A stretch of 64,000 nucleotides of DNA from Candidatus Babeliales bacterium (GTDB lineage: Bacteria; Babelota; Babeliae; Babelales; JACPOV01). The stretch lies in NCBI GenBank assembly GCA_050250855.1, contig JBFWNW010000004.1:128001-192000 (forward strand). Direction: 5' to 3'. The position numbers were made by a program, and so were the translations under genes. Each line of letters begins with the position of its first letter. Position 1 is the stretch's first letter. The notes below the pieces were generated by a model that was not told where the DNA came from, searched no databases, and saw only the letters and a list, made by a program, of their open reading frames with translations. This document shows positions 38,504 to 47,927 of this stretch, in pieces.

Positions 38504-39784
38504 ATGAACAAAAAAAATATTTTAGTATTGATAGTTTGCTTTATCGTACAACATGCGAATGCAAATTCTATTGCTAATGTAATTAACAAACGTGGTTTCT
38601 ATAAATATAGTGCAGATTTTATTGCGCAACCAACAGATCCAAGTGATGCCATTATAAAAATTCAATCGAGCCATGTTGTGTTAGATTTGCAAGGATATTG
38701 TATGGTTCAGGATTCATCAAATACCGTAACGGGATTGACGGGTATAGAAATAGGCCCGAATGTTGAAGATGTGATTATAAAAAATGGCAGCGTGCTACAG
38801 CTTTCAGGTTTTGGCGTGAAAGTTCTTGATGGATCAAATGCTGTGCAGATAGAAAATTTTATTATAGATGGTTGTCAGGCCGGCGGCATTTTTATTGATG
38901 GTCTTGTATCAGGAACGGGCGTAGAAAAGTTTTTGCTTAAAAATTCTCTTATATTTTCTTGTACAGGAGCACAGGGGAGTCCTGCATTGGGAGTTCATAT
39001 AAAAGGTGCTCATAATGTACGCGTAGAAAATTGTAGCTTTTTAGAGAATGACGCTTTGACTACAAGCTCTGGCTATGGATGTTTTATTGAACAATGTTCT
39101 ACGGGTAAAATTATTGACTGTACCATGCAAAATATGGGAGGCAATGAATTGGTAGCAGGCTGTTATGTTCTCAGTTCAACCAATATTTTTTTGGATAACT
39201 GTTTTGCAATGCACAATAGAGCATATAGTACGGCATCAAATGCATTTTCTGCAGGTTTTTATATACAGTATTCAGATAATATTATTTGTAATGATTGTCA
39301 GAGTTTGCAAAATAACAGTGCTCAAAGCGCTTTTGGTTTTAATGTTGAATCAGGAACAGGAAATATTTTCAGAAATTGTATTGCTGAAAGCAACAGTGGA
39401 GCTACTGGCGCAGCAGGGTTTCAATTTACCACTCAATCAAGTTCTGTTATAGAAGACTGTTTAAGTAATTTAAATAATACAACAAGTTCTGGCATGGCCT
39501 ACGGTATTCATTTATTTGGTTCTGCTAATGATCATTGTTATATAGCTCATAACAACCTTGTTGGTAATAATGGTGTAAGTGCAAGCAGAGGCATAGAAGA
39601 TGATGCTGCCTCAAGTACCAGCTTTTTTCAAAAGAATAACTGTTTTAATAATGGAACAAATTATGCAGTAAGCTATCCGGCTAGTATTACCTTGCCATTG
39701 GTTATCGGCAGCTTATCATCTGCTTCTCCTGGGTTGCCTACTTTGCAGGCCGGAGAGCTTGAAAATGTTGATGTAAATCCATAA
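38504..39784 (+). CDS. Exported right-handed beta-helix repeat protein
   Basis: Start moved to MNKK after an AAGGA SD; VINKRGFY...IQSSHVVLDLQG, DVIIKNG. Confidence 0.85.
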   Translation: MNKKNILVLIVCFIVQHANANSIANVINKRGFYKYSADFIAQPTDPSDAIIKIQSSHVVLDLQGYCMVQDSSNTVTGLTGIEIGPNVEDVIIKNGSVLQLSGFGVKVLDGSNAVQIENFIIDGCQAGGIFIDGLVSGTGVEKFLLKNSLIFSCTGAQGSPALGVHIKGAHNVRVENCSFLENDALTTSSGYGCFIEQCSTGKIIDCTMQNMGGNELVAGCYVLSSTNIFLDNCFAMHNRAYSTASNAFSAGFYIQYSDNIICNDCQSLQNNSAQSAFGFNVESGTGNIFRNCIAESNSGATGAAGFQFTTQSSSVIEDCLSNLNNTTSSGMAYGIHLFGSANDHCYIAHNNLVGNNGVSASRGIEDDAASSTSFFQKNNCFNNGTNYAVSYPASITLPLVIGSLSSASPGLPTLQAGELENVDVNP

Positions 39785-39802
39785 AAAAGGGTTTAGGAGT
39801 GT

Positions 39803-41125
39803 ATGAAAAAAATATTGTTATTTTTAGTAATAAAATTTTTTACGTCTAGTTTAGGCGCTTTTACTATAACGGACCCAGGATTTTTTGCGCTTGGTGGTAA
39901 CCTTATAGAATCAGGAACCGTTATAAGAATATCTACCAGTAATTTGACTGTTGATTTGGGTGGTTATACTGTTTCTGGAGGCGTAAGTGGTATTGTTATT
40001 GATGCAGGATTAACCAATGTTACGGTGCAAAATGGATTTCTTGATAGTAATGTGCAAGGGATTACTATAGGTGCAGGATGTTCGGATATAATAGTACAAA
40101 ATATGTCAATTATACGCTGTACAAGAAGCGGTCTTGAGGTTAATGGTACCGATGCAAGCCAAGTAATGCGTCTAACAGTTAAGAATATCACCGTAGAATT
40201 ATCTACTATATTTACATCAACCGTTGATAAAACAATTGATAGTATTATGACATTTTCTAATGTTGTGGAACTTATGTTACAAGATATTATTCTGCAGCAA
40301 AATGGTGATAACACAATAAATTTAACGGGAGTACGTATTATTAATTGTAGTAAAGCTACCGTTGAGAATGTATTGATGCTGAATAATCAAGGAGCCAGTT
40401 TCCAAGGAATTTTTGTTGAAAATACGAATAGTTCTTTTTTTAATAAAGTACAAATACGTATGAATACGGCGGCAAATCTTTTGGTTGGCATACGTTTTAC
40501 CGGAGGGATTTTGAATACGGGAAATTTGTGTCAAAATTTTTCTGTGCTCAATAATAGCAGTACAAGCGGACCTCTTGCTGGTTTTGAATTGTTGCCCTTT
40601 GTTACCAAGAATATTATTACAGATTGTGTTGCTCAAAATAATAATGTATCAGGATCAACAGTTGGAGCAAATTGCATAGGCTTTAATTTGGATCAACCAA
40701 CTTTTTGTGCTTTGATTGGATGTCAAGCACTGTATAATACTGCTACAGGAAATGCAGGTAATACTGCTTTTGCAGCTGGTTTTAATATTGGTACATCTGC
40801 AGCAGGTGCAACGACCGGTACAAAAAACTGTGCCTTTTATAATAATGTTGCCACTGCCAATAATGCTGCAACGGGTACAGCAAATGGCAATGCTAATTCT
40901 TATGGTATGCGTGTTGTAAGTGGCAACGGTGGTAATGTTAATAACATATTTATAGGCAACAGGGGTATTCTGAATGGTCCGGTAATTCCAGTAACCAATA
41001 CCAATCAAATTTCTAGTGGCACAGGAGGCCTTGCAGGAGGAAACTTCTTAGATAGAACCTCGGCAACTTTTACAACAGTAACAAGTTATACAGCAGGATT
41101 AGTAAATTTAAGAATAACGTCCTAA
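39803..41125 (+). CDS. Exported right-handed beta-helix repeat protein
   Basis: Signal peptide; FTITDPGFFALGG...NLTVDLGGY, NVTVQNG. Confidence 0.87.
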   Translation: MKKILLFLVIKFFTSSLGAFTITDPGFFALGGNLIESGTVIRISTSNLTVDLGGYTVSGGVSGIVIDAGLTNVTVQNGFLDSNVQGITIGAGCSDIIVQNMSIIRCTRSGLEVNGTDASQVMRLTVKNITVELSTIFTSTVDKTIDSIMTFSNVVELMLQDIILQQNGDNTINLTGVRIINCSKATVENVLMLNNQGASFQGIFVENTNSSFFNKVQIRMNTAANLLVGIRFTGGILNTGNLCQNFSVLNNSSTSGPLAGFELLPFVTKNIITDCVAQNNNVSGSTVGANCIGFNLDQPTFCALIGCQALYNTATGNAGNTAFAAGFNIGTSAAGATTGTKNCAFYNNVATANNAATGTANGNANSYGMRVVSGNGGNVNNIFIGNRGILNGPVIPVTNTNQISSGTGGLAGGNFLDRTSATFTTVTSYTAGLVNLRITS

Positions 41126-41187
41126 GTTTTTATCTAAGGATTTTTAATAGAAATGAAGCAATTGACTTATTAAGAATTATTTAAATT

Positions 41188-41323
41188 CCGTTCGTGGTGA
41201 GGAGCAAACTTATTTAGTTTGCGTCTCGAACCATACGGAATCCTAAAAAAATATATAAATTTTTTAATTTTGAGTTCGAATGGTTCGAGACGTTTTTCTT
41301 CGAAAAACCCTCACCACGAACGG
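41188..41323. repeat. Inverted pair of REP-like hairpins (family A variant)
   Basis: CCGTTCGTGGTGAGG...TCTCGAACCATACG and its inverse GTTCGAATGGTTCGAGAC...CCTCACCACGAACGG. Confidence 0.8.
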
Positions 41324-41354
41324 GATATATAACTAAAGTTAAAAAAGGGCTAGT

Positions 41355-42638
41355 GTGAATCATAGAAAAAAAGTCGTTCTATTAAATAGTTTATTCTTAT
41401 TATATATTCATCTATCTCAAGCCTTTACGATAACAGATCCAGGTTTTTTTGCTCTGGGGGGTGACTTAGTAGAATCTGGTACCGTAATAAGAGTCTCTAC
41501 CAGTAATTTGACCGTTGATTTGGGTGGTTACATGGTTTCTGGTGGTACCAATGGTATTGTAATTGATGCAGGTCTTTCAAATGTTACCGTACAAAATGGG
41601 CGCATTGATAGCAATACACGTGGGGTTACTGTAGGGTCAAACTGTTCAGATATAACGCTACAAAATATAACGCTTAAAAACTGTGCGCGACGTACCGTAG
41701 AAGTGAATGGAACGGATGCAAGTCCGGTTATGCGTTTGGGTATTTTTAATATAATATCAGAATTATCAACGACCGCTGCATCAGTGACAGATAGTGTTAT
41801 GTCGTTTTCTAATGTTGTTGAATTAACAATGGATAATGTCAAGCTACAAAAAAATGGTGCAAGTACCGTTAATCTGACGGGAATGAGTTTTATTAATTGT
41901 AGTAAAGGTTCTATTGAAAACGTAACGATTATTAATAATCAAGGTGCAACGTTTCAAGGTTTTTTTATACAAAATACAACAAGCTTTTTAATGAATCAGG
42001 CAAACGTTCGTATGAATACTGCAACAGGAGATTCGGTTGGCTTTAGATTAACAGGCGGCATAAATACGAACGGCAATTTTATACAAAACTGTTTAGTATC
42101 AAATAATATGAGTACGAATGGACCGTTGGTCGGTTTTGAATTTTTACCGTTTGTGACACGCAATGTTTTAATAGGTTGTGTTGCTAGTAATAATATAACA
42201 ACGGCCGCTGTTTTATCGGCAGATTGTTGGGGTTTTAATTTTGATCAACCGACATTTTGTAATATTTTAAACTGTAGAGCACTTAATAATCAGGCGCAAG
42301 GTAATGCCTTTTTTAATTTTGGTATTGGTTTTAATATTGGTAGCTCTGGTGGTAGCGGTACAGCAACCAATGATTGTGAATTTAATAATTGTTGGGCAGT
42401 TGGTAATGCTGGGGCTGCTCCGTCTCGTTCTTTTGGCATTAGAGCCTCGAGTAATAATGTAGCTAATACGAATGCTTATTTATTTTGTGTTGCATTTGGC
42501 AATGGCAATGTGTTGGCAAATCAAATTACACAAGGTACGGGAACCAGCGGTGCCGTTCCAAGCGGCTCAACACGTACCGATACCATTGATAGTTTGAATG
42601 GAAGAAGGGTGGAGTATGGAAATTTATCAATGACATAA
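41355..42638 (+). CDS. Exported right-handed beta-helix repeat protein
   Basis: Close paralogue of 39803 and 42682; FTITDPGFFALGGDL. Confidence 0.87.
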   Translation: MNHRKKVVLLNSLFLLYIHLSQAFTITDPGFFALGGDLVESGTVIRVSTSNLTVDLGGYMVSGGTNGIVIDAGLSNVTVQNGRIDSNTRGVTVGSNCSDITLQNITLKNCARRTVEVNGTDASPVMRLGIFNIISELSTTAASVTDSVMSFSNVVELTMDNVKLQKNGASTVNLTGMSFINCSKGSIENVTIINNQGATFQGFFIQNTTSFLMNQANVRMNTATGDSVGFRLTGGINTNGNFIQNCLVSNNMSTNGPLVGFEFLPFVTRNVLIGCVASNNITTAAVLSADCWGFNFDQPTFCNILNCRALNNQAQGNAFFNFGIGFNIGSSGGSGTATNDCEFNNCWAVGNAGAAPSRSFGIRASSNNVANTNAYLFCVAFGNGNVLANQITQGTGTSGAVPSGSTRTDTIDSLNGRRVEYGNLSMT

Positions 42639-42681
42639 AGGGTTTTATTGTATTAAAAACTATTATAATAAGGTAGAGATT

Positions 42682-43950
42682 GTGATGGTATATAAAAAAT
42701 TAATTTTTTTATTTTTGTTACCGCTAAGTTTAAAAGCTTTTACGATAACAGATCCAGGTTTTTTTGCTCTGGGGGGTGACTTAGTAGAATCTGGTACCGT
42801 AATAAGAGTCTCTACCAGTAATTTGACCGTTGATTTGGGTGGTTACATGGTTTCTGGTGGTACCAATGGTATTGTAATTGATGCAGGTCTTTCTAATGTC
42901 GTTATACAAAATGGTGTTATTGCTAGTAATACACGTGGCATTACCGTAGGATCAAACTGTTCCGATATCACGGTACAAAATATAACTATAAGAAGTTGTT
43001 CGCGGCGTACGGTAGAAGTGAATGGTACTGACGCAAGTCCCGTTATGCGTTTAACCGTAGTAAATATACTATCAGAATTATCAACGACAGCTGCATCAGT
43101 GACAGATAGTGTTATGTCGTTTTCTAATGTTGTTGAGTTAACAATGGATAATGTCAAGCTACAAAAAAATGGGGCAAGTACTGTTAATCTGACGGGAATG
43201 AGTTTTATTAATTGTAGTAAAGGGTCGATTGAGAATGTAACTATTATTAACAATCAAGGCGCAACATTTCAAGGCTTTTTTATAGAAAACACAACAAGCT
43301 TTTTAATGAATCAAGCTAATGTTCGTATGAATACAGCAACAGGGTCTTTAGCAGGTTTTAGATTAACCGGTGGCATAAATACGAACGGTAATTTTATACA
43401 AAACTGTTTAGTGTCAAATAATATGAGTACGAATGGTCCTTTAGCTGGCTTTGAGCTGCTTTCATTCGTAACACGTAATGTTTTATTAGAATGTTTTACT
43501 AACAATAATATAACAACAGCTGCAACCGCAACAGCAAACTGCTTTGGTTTTAATTTTGACCAACCAACATCATGTAATATTTTAGCGTGTCGCGCTATGA
43601 ATAATCAAGCTCTTGGCAATAGTACGAATATTTGTGCAGGTTTTAATATTGGTACTTCTGGTGGTAGTGGCACAGCAACTAATAATTGTGAATTTAATAA
43701 TTGTTGGGCTGTAGGTAATACTGCTCCTACTGCAGGAAATTCTTACGGTATTCGTGCAGCAAGTAATAACCTTGCTAATACCAATGCCTATTTATTTTGT
43801 GTAGGGTTTAAAAATAGTACAACATTGGCAAACCAAATTACGCAAGGTAGTGGTACGAGTGGTACGGTTCCGAGTGGTTCAACAAGAACTGATACTATTG
43901 GTGGTTTGAACGGTCGTGTTTTAGAATATGGCAATTTGGCGTTGACGTAA
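42682..43950 (+). CDS. Exported right-handed beta-helix repeat protein
   Basis: Very close paralogue of 41355 with a different signal peptide. Confidence 0.87.
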   Translation: MMVYKKLIFLFLLPLSLKAFTITDPGFFALGGDLVESGTVIRVSTSNLTVDLGGYMVSGGTNGIVIDAGLSNVVIQNGVIASNTRGITVGSNCSDITVQNITIRSCSRRTVEVNGTDASPVMRLTVVNILSELSTTAASVTDSVMSFSNVVELTMDNVKLQKNGASTVNLTGMSFINCSKGSIENVTIINNQGATFQGFFIENTTSFLMNQANVRMNTATGSLAGFRLTGGINTNGNFIQNCLVSNNMSTNGPLAGFELLSFVTRNVLLECFTNNNITTAATATANCFGFNFDQPTSCNILACRAMNNQALGNSTNICAGFNIGTSGGSGTATNNCEFNNCWAVGNTAPTAGNSYGIRAASNNLANTNAYLFCVGFKNSTTLANQITQGSGTSGTVPSGSTRTDTIGGLNGRVLEYGNLALT

Positions 43951-43999
43951 TAGGTTTTTGTTTTTAATTTTTTAATTTTTTACAGGGAGGACCTGTTGT

Positions 44000-45259
44000 A
44001 TGAAGCGTTTATTGTTAATTCTTAATCTACTTTTTATTTTCTCAATGAGAGCAGATAGTGTAGCAATAATAATTAGTTCGCCGGGAGAGTATTCATATTC
44101 TGATTTAACCATTGATCCAACAGATCTCAATGATTGTGCGATTAGTATTCAAGCAAGTGATGTTATCGTTGATATGAGTAATGGTTTTATTATGCAGCAA
44201 GAAGGAAATCAGATAGGAGGCTTCTGTGGTATTCATATAGCACCAGGTTTAAAAAATATTATCATTAGAAACATAAGCATAAAATTATTGACTGGTATTG
44301 GTATTCAAATCGATGAAGGATGTGAAAACCTTACTATCGAAAATATTATGATTCGTGATTGTTATGCTGGTGGTATTTTATGCGCAGGTTCCATGAGCAA
44401 TGTTATTAAGGAAGCTATAATACATAATTGTTATGTAGCAACATGTACGGGTGCAGATGGAAATCCTGCTTATGGTATTCGTTTAATTCAGTGTAATAAT
44501 GTTGTTGTTCAGGATTGTATTTTTAACGGTAATGATGGTGATAGTGTCGCTTCTGGCTTTGGCTTAAGTTTAGAATTGTGTAGTGCATGCAAAGTTCTTA
44601 ATTGCAATGGCAATGATAATGGCGGTAGTATGGCAGGAGTTGGCATTAGCTTATTCCAGACTCAGTGGACATTGGTTGATAATTGCAATATTTTAAATAC
44701 TATAGCTCGTGCAAGTATGAATAGCAAGGCTGTTGGGATTTCTGTAAATCAAGGAACTCATAATATAGTAAGAAATTGTCTTGTTAAACACTCAAACAAT
44801 TCACTCGTTAACTCTTATGGCTTTGAAGCTTTTGCAGGCTCTAATAATTTATTTGTAGATTGTGCTACAAAAAATAATAGTGCAGGAGCTTTAGCTGCTG
44901 GTTTTATTTTGTACTCAAGTGAGCTTAGAACTTCTATCAATCATTGTATTTCTCGTGCTAATGATGGCGGTGTTTCCGGAGCAGGCTATGGTATTTATTT
45001 AAATACAGCACAAAACTGTGATATCTGGTATAACCAATTGTTAAATAATACTGGTGCAACAGGATGTGGTCTTTATGATACGGTAACAAATACTACAAAT
45101 TTGATAGCAGGTAATACTGCGTTTGGAAGTAGTACTTGTGGTTTTGATGTTACTAGATCGTCAGGATCTTTCCCTGTTGTTGTGGCGCAAGTTGGTGATT
45201 TTACACCTACTTACTCAGTAAGCAAATATTACAACGTTGATTTTAATCCTGGACCATAA
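44000..45259 (+). CDS. Exported right-handed beta-helix repeat protein
   Basis: IISSPGEY...ISIQASDVIVDM; shares PTD..D and CTGA.G.PA.G motifs with 38504. Confidence 0.85.
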   Translation: MKRLLLILNLLFIFSMRADSVAIIISSPGEYSYSDLTIDPTDLNDCAISIQASDVIVDMSNGFIMQQEGNQIGGFCGIHIAPGLKNIIIRNISIKLLTGIGIQIDEGCENLTIENIMIRDCYAGGILCAGSMSNVIKEAIIHNCYVATCTGADGNPAYGIRLIQCNNVVVQDCIFNGNDGDSVASGFGLSLELCSACKVLNCNGNDNGGSMAGVGISLFQTQWTLVDNCNILNTIARASMNSKAVGISVNQGTHNIVRNCLVKHSNNSLVNSYGFEAFAGSNNLFVDCATKNNSAGALAAGFILYSSELRTSINHCISRANDGGVSGAGYGIYLNTAQNCDIWYNQLLNNTGATGCGLYDTVTNTTNLIAGNTAFGSSTCGFDVTRSSGSFPVVVAQVGDFTPTYSVSKYYNVDFNPGP

Positions 45260-45279
45260 ATTAGGTTTCAAAACTAATT

Positions 45280-45488
45280 GTTCGTATGCTTCGACAAGCT
45301 CAGCACGAACGGAGTTTGTGCTGAGCGCAGCGTTTACTTCTGAGTTTATCGAAGGGTCAGCACGAACGGGCTCAAATAAATTAATTCCGTTCGCCCTGAC
45401 CCCTCGTCGGCTTTACAGCTGCTCGGGACTAAAGGCCATTCGAGGGGAGCCTGCCCTGAGCTTGTCGAATGGGTCGAAGGGTGCGAAC
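45280..45488. repeat. Composite REP-like palindromic repeat (family A, copy 2, with an extra hairpin insert)
   Basis: Matches 27576..27736 plus an inserted CCCCTCG...CGAGGGG hairpin at 45400..45447. Confidence 0.85.
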
Positions 45489-45572
45489 TCAAATTTAATT
45501 TAACTGCATACTCTCCCTCTTTTGCACAAACTGTGCTATATCTAAATACAATAAAGCAAAGGATGAGAGAGC

Positions 45573-47408
45573 ATGAATTTTTATAAACTGCCACGATATT
45601 TAAAAAAAGCCATTACGTATGGCCCACAAAGAACATTAGCAATTATTGCGGAGCGATCAAAGGCCAAATATTTTGAACGGACAATAAGAAAAAAAGCATT
45701 ATCACATACTGCTGCATCAGTATGGCCTGTTATTGCACAATTATTAGATGCAGAAAAGAAATTTTCTTTATTTTTTAAAGAATTTACCAAAAAAGATCTT
45801 TCATATAAAGACAACTTATTGGCTCAAGATTCTTTGCAAAAAGCTGATGAAGCCGTTTCTGGTTGTTTTGATGTGCTTGGCTCGGGCAAACAATGTTTTA
45901 CAGAAATACCATGGCATGAAGATTTTCGGATAACTGAGGATACTCATTTTAACGCTCAAGCATTTTATAAAGATATCAGCGTGCAGCCCGGTACAACTGA
46001 GCAGCTCGTAAAAGATATTAAAATGCCGTGGGAGCTTTCTCGCTTTCAACATCTTATATTTTTGGGTGATGCTTTTAAAAAAACTCATGATAAAAAATAT
46101 GCAGAGGCATTTACTGCACAAATAACTGATTGGCTTGAAAAAAATCCTTATTTGCTTGGCCCAAATTGGGTATGTCCTATGGATGTTGGTATTCGTGCCG
46201 TCAATTGGGTTATAGCATTCACCTATTTTAAAGAGAGTGATATTAATGAAAACTTCTGGCAACAATTTATTTGTTCTTTATATGATCATATGATCTATTT
46301 AGAACATAACTGGGAGGTGTATGATAGCAGAACTTCAAATCATTATCTTTCAGATTTAATTGGTTACTTTTATCTGTGCTGGTTTTTTAAAGGTTATAAA
46401 GGGATAGAAAAAAAAGCTTTATGGTGTTATCAGGAGCTTTTAAAAGAATGTGAAAAGCAAATTCATGATGATGGTTCTGATTATGAAGGCAGTACCTATT
46501 ACCACCGCTTAGTGACAGAAATTTTTTATCATGTTTTTTTATTAGCGCCAGAGTTGGGATTTGCAGTGCCCTCACATTTTGTAACAGTATTACAAAATAT
46601 GATGAGCTTTATTGCCTGGTGTACGCCAAAACAAGGAAAGCTTATTCAAATTGGTGATAATGATGCCGGAAAAATTGTTACCGGCATAGATAATGCATTG
46701 GTGCAGAGCATGGCAGAAAAAACAGAAGGGGTTAAAACATTTGCCTCATATGGTCTTACTGTTTTAAAGAATGATATCATGCATCTGAGTTTGCGTCATC
46801 ATGCCTATAATGCTTTGCAACCATCTGGCCATTTTCATAATGATGTAGGCAGTATTACCTTGGCGCTGAATGGTAATAACATTTTTGTAGATCCTGGCAG
46901 TTATACGTATACGCCATCAGCAATCTGGCGCAATAGATTTCGTTCAGCAACCGTACACAACACCTTTTTTATAGAAGGGCATGAGCCGGTTCCGTTTGAT
47001 GAGCATTTATTTTCTTTGCAATTATCAGAGCGTGTGCATGATGGCAATGATTTTTATATGAAGCATGATTTGTATAAAAGATTCGGGTTGCGAGCACACC
47101 GCCGCCTTGAGCATTCTGATAGTGCTATTATGCTTTTTGACCATTGGGAATATACAGGTTTAGTTGATCCAGCACTTGTTGCCTGTTGGAATTTTACGTT
47201 GGCACCGGATATAGAAGTAGTGCATGATGCATCTGCTATAATACTCAAAAAGAATAATGAAACTATTGCGCGCATGCAGTCATCATTGTATTTTGAGATT
47301 ATTGACGGTTGGTATTCACCATCGTATGGCATTAAAATACCGTGCAAGCAATTACGTGCTAAAAAAATTATCGATGAAAAAGAGGTAAAGATTGAGATTA
47401 GTTTTTAA
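45573..47408 (+). CDS. Heparinase II/III-like / alginate lyase superfamily protein
   Basis: WELSRFQH, W...NP...GPNW, NHYLSDL, DG..YEGS.YYH, GHFHND, DPGSYTY, FRS...HNT. Confidence 0.88.
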   Translation: MNFYKLPRYLKKAITYGPQRTLAIIAERSKAKYFERTIRKKALSHTAASVWPVIAQLLDAEKKFSLFFKEFTKKDLSYKDNLLAQDSLQKADEAVSGCFDVLGSGKQCFTEIPWHEDFRITEDTHFNAQAFYKDISVQPGTTEQLVKDIKMPWELSRFQHLIFLGDAFKKTHDKKYAEAFTAQITDWLEKNPYLLGPNWVCPMDVGIRAVNWVIAFTYFKESDINENFWQQFICSLYDHMIYLEHNWEVYDSRTSNHYLSDLIGYFYLCWFFKGYKGIEKKALWCYQELLKECEKQIHDDGSDYEGSTYYHRLVTEIFYHVFLLAPELGFAVPSHFVTVLQNMMSFIAWCTPKQGKLIQIGDNDAGKIVTGIDNALVQSMAEKTEGVKTFASYGLTVLKNDIMHLSLRHHAYNALQPSGHFHNDVGSITLALNGNNIFVDPGSYTYTPSAIWRNRFRSATVHNTFFIEGHEPVPFDEHLFSLQLSERVHDGNDFYMKHDLYKRFGLRAHRRLEHSDSAIMLFDHWEYTGLVDPALVACWNFTLAPDIEVVHDASAIILKKNNETIARMQSSLYFEIIDGWYSPSYGIKIPCKQLRAKKIIDEKEVKIEISF

Positions 47409-47479
47409 TAAAATTATTTTTCTATTTATTATTTTACGACATTTTCACTGCGCATTATTTTTGTACATCTCTATATCTC

Positions 47480-47908
47480 ACGACCCCTGTTCGGGGCAGA
47501 ACCAGCCCCTTTTGCTTGTACAAAAGGGCTGGACAAAAATACACCAACATGCTGTTGGATCCGCTTGCTCGCTCAGACATCAACCACTCACTCTTCGGGT
47601 TTTTAACCCTCGATTTCAGGTTGATGATTCGCTACCGGTTTGAATGTATAAAAAATAGTTTAGTGCACCTTGAAAGCTCATCTGTTTGAGAGCTTCTCAG
47701 ATTTCTTGCCCGGCGTAGCTTTAAGCGAAGCCTGGGTAAAAATCTGGAAGCTGAGTTATGAGCGCAGAGAGATACATAAGAGAAGATCTCTTATGTGCCC
47801 TTGTATCAAAGGTATTGGGCACGCAATACCTTTGTGCCATGCACCCGGCATGAGGGTGCCGTGAGATTTTGTACAAGTAAAAGAAGATTCTGCTCGAATA
47901 GGGGTCGT
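47480..47908. mobile_element. Putative non-autonomous element bounded by terminal inverted repeats (MITE-like), or a structured RNA
   Basis: Imperfect ~45-bp inverted ends: left ACGACCCCTGTTCGGGGCAGAA..CTTTTGCTTGTACAAAA, right (reverse complement) ACGACCCCTATTCGAGCAGAA..CTTTTACTTGTACAAAA; many internal hairpins. Confidence 0.5.
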
Positions 47909-47927
47909 AGATTTAAAAAATTTCTAA

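Noticed and set aside
27576..45488. Family A copies as direct-repeat ends of a genomic island
   Set aside because: The interval includes essential metG, there is no integrase, and related repeats occur elsewhere in the window.
45237..45594. Short ORFs 45237..45503 (+) and 45346..45594 (-)
   Set aside because: Translations of the palindromic repeat (ASTSSARTE, LSLSNG), not credible genes.
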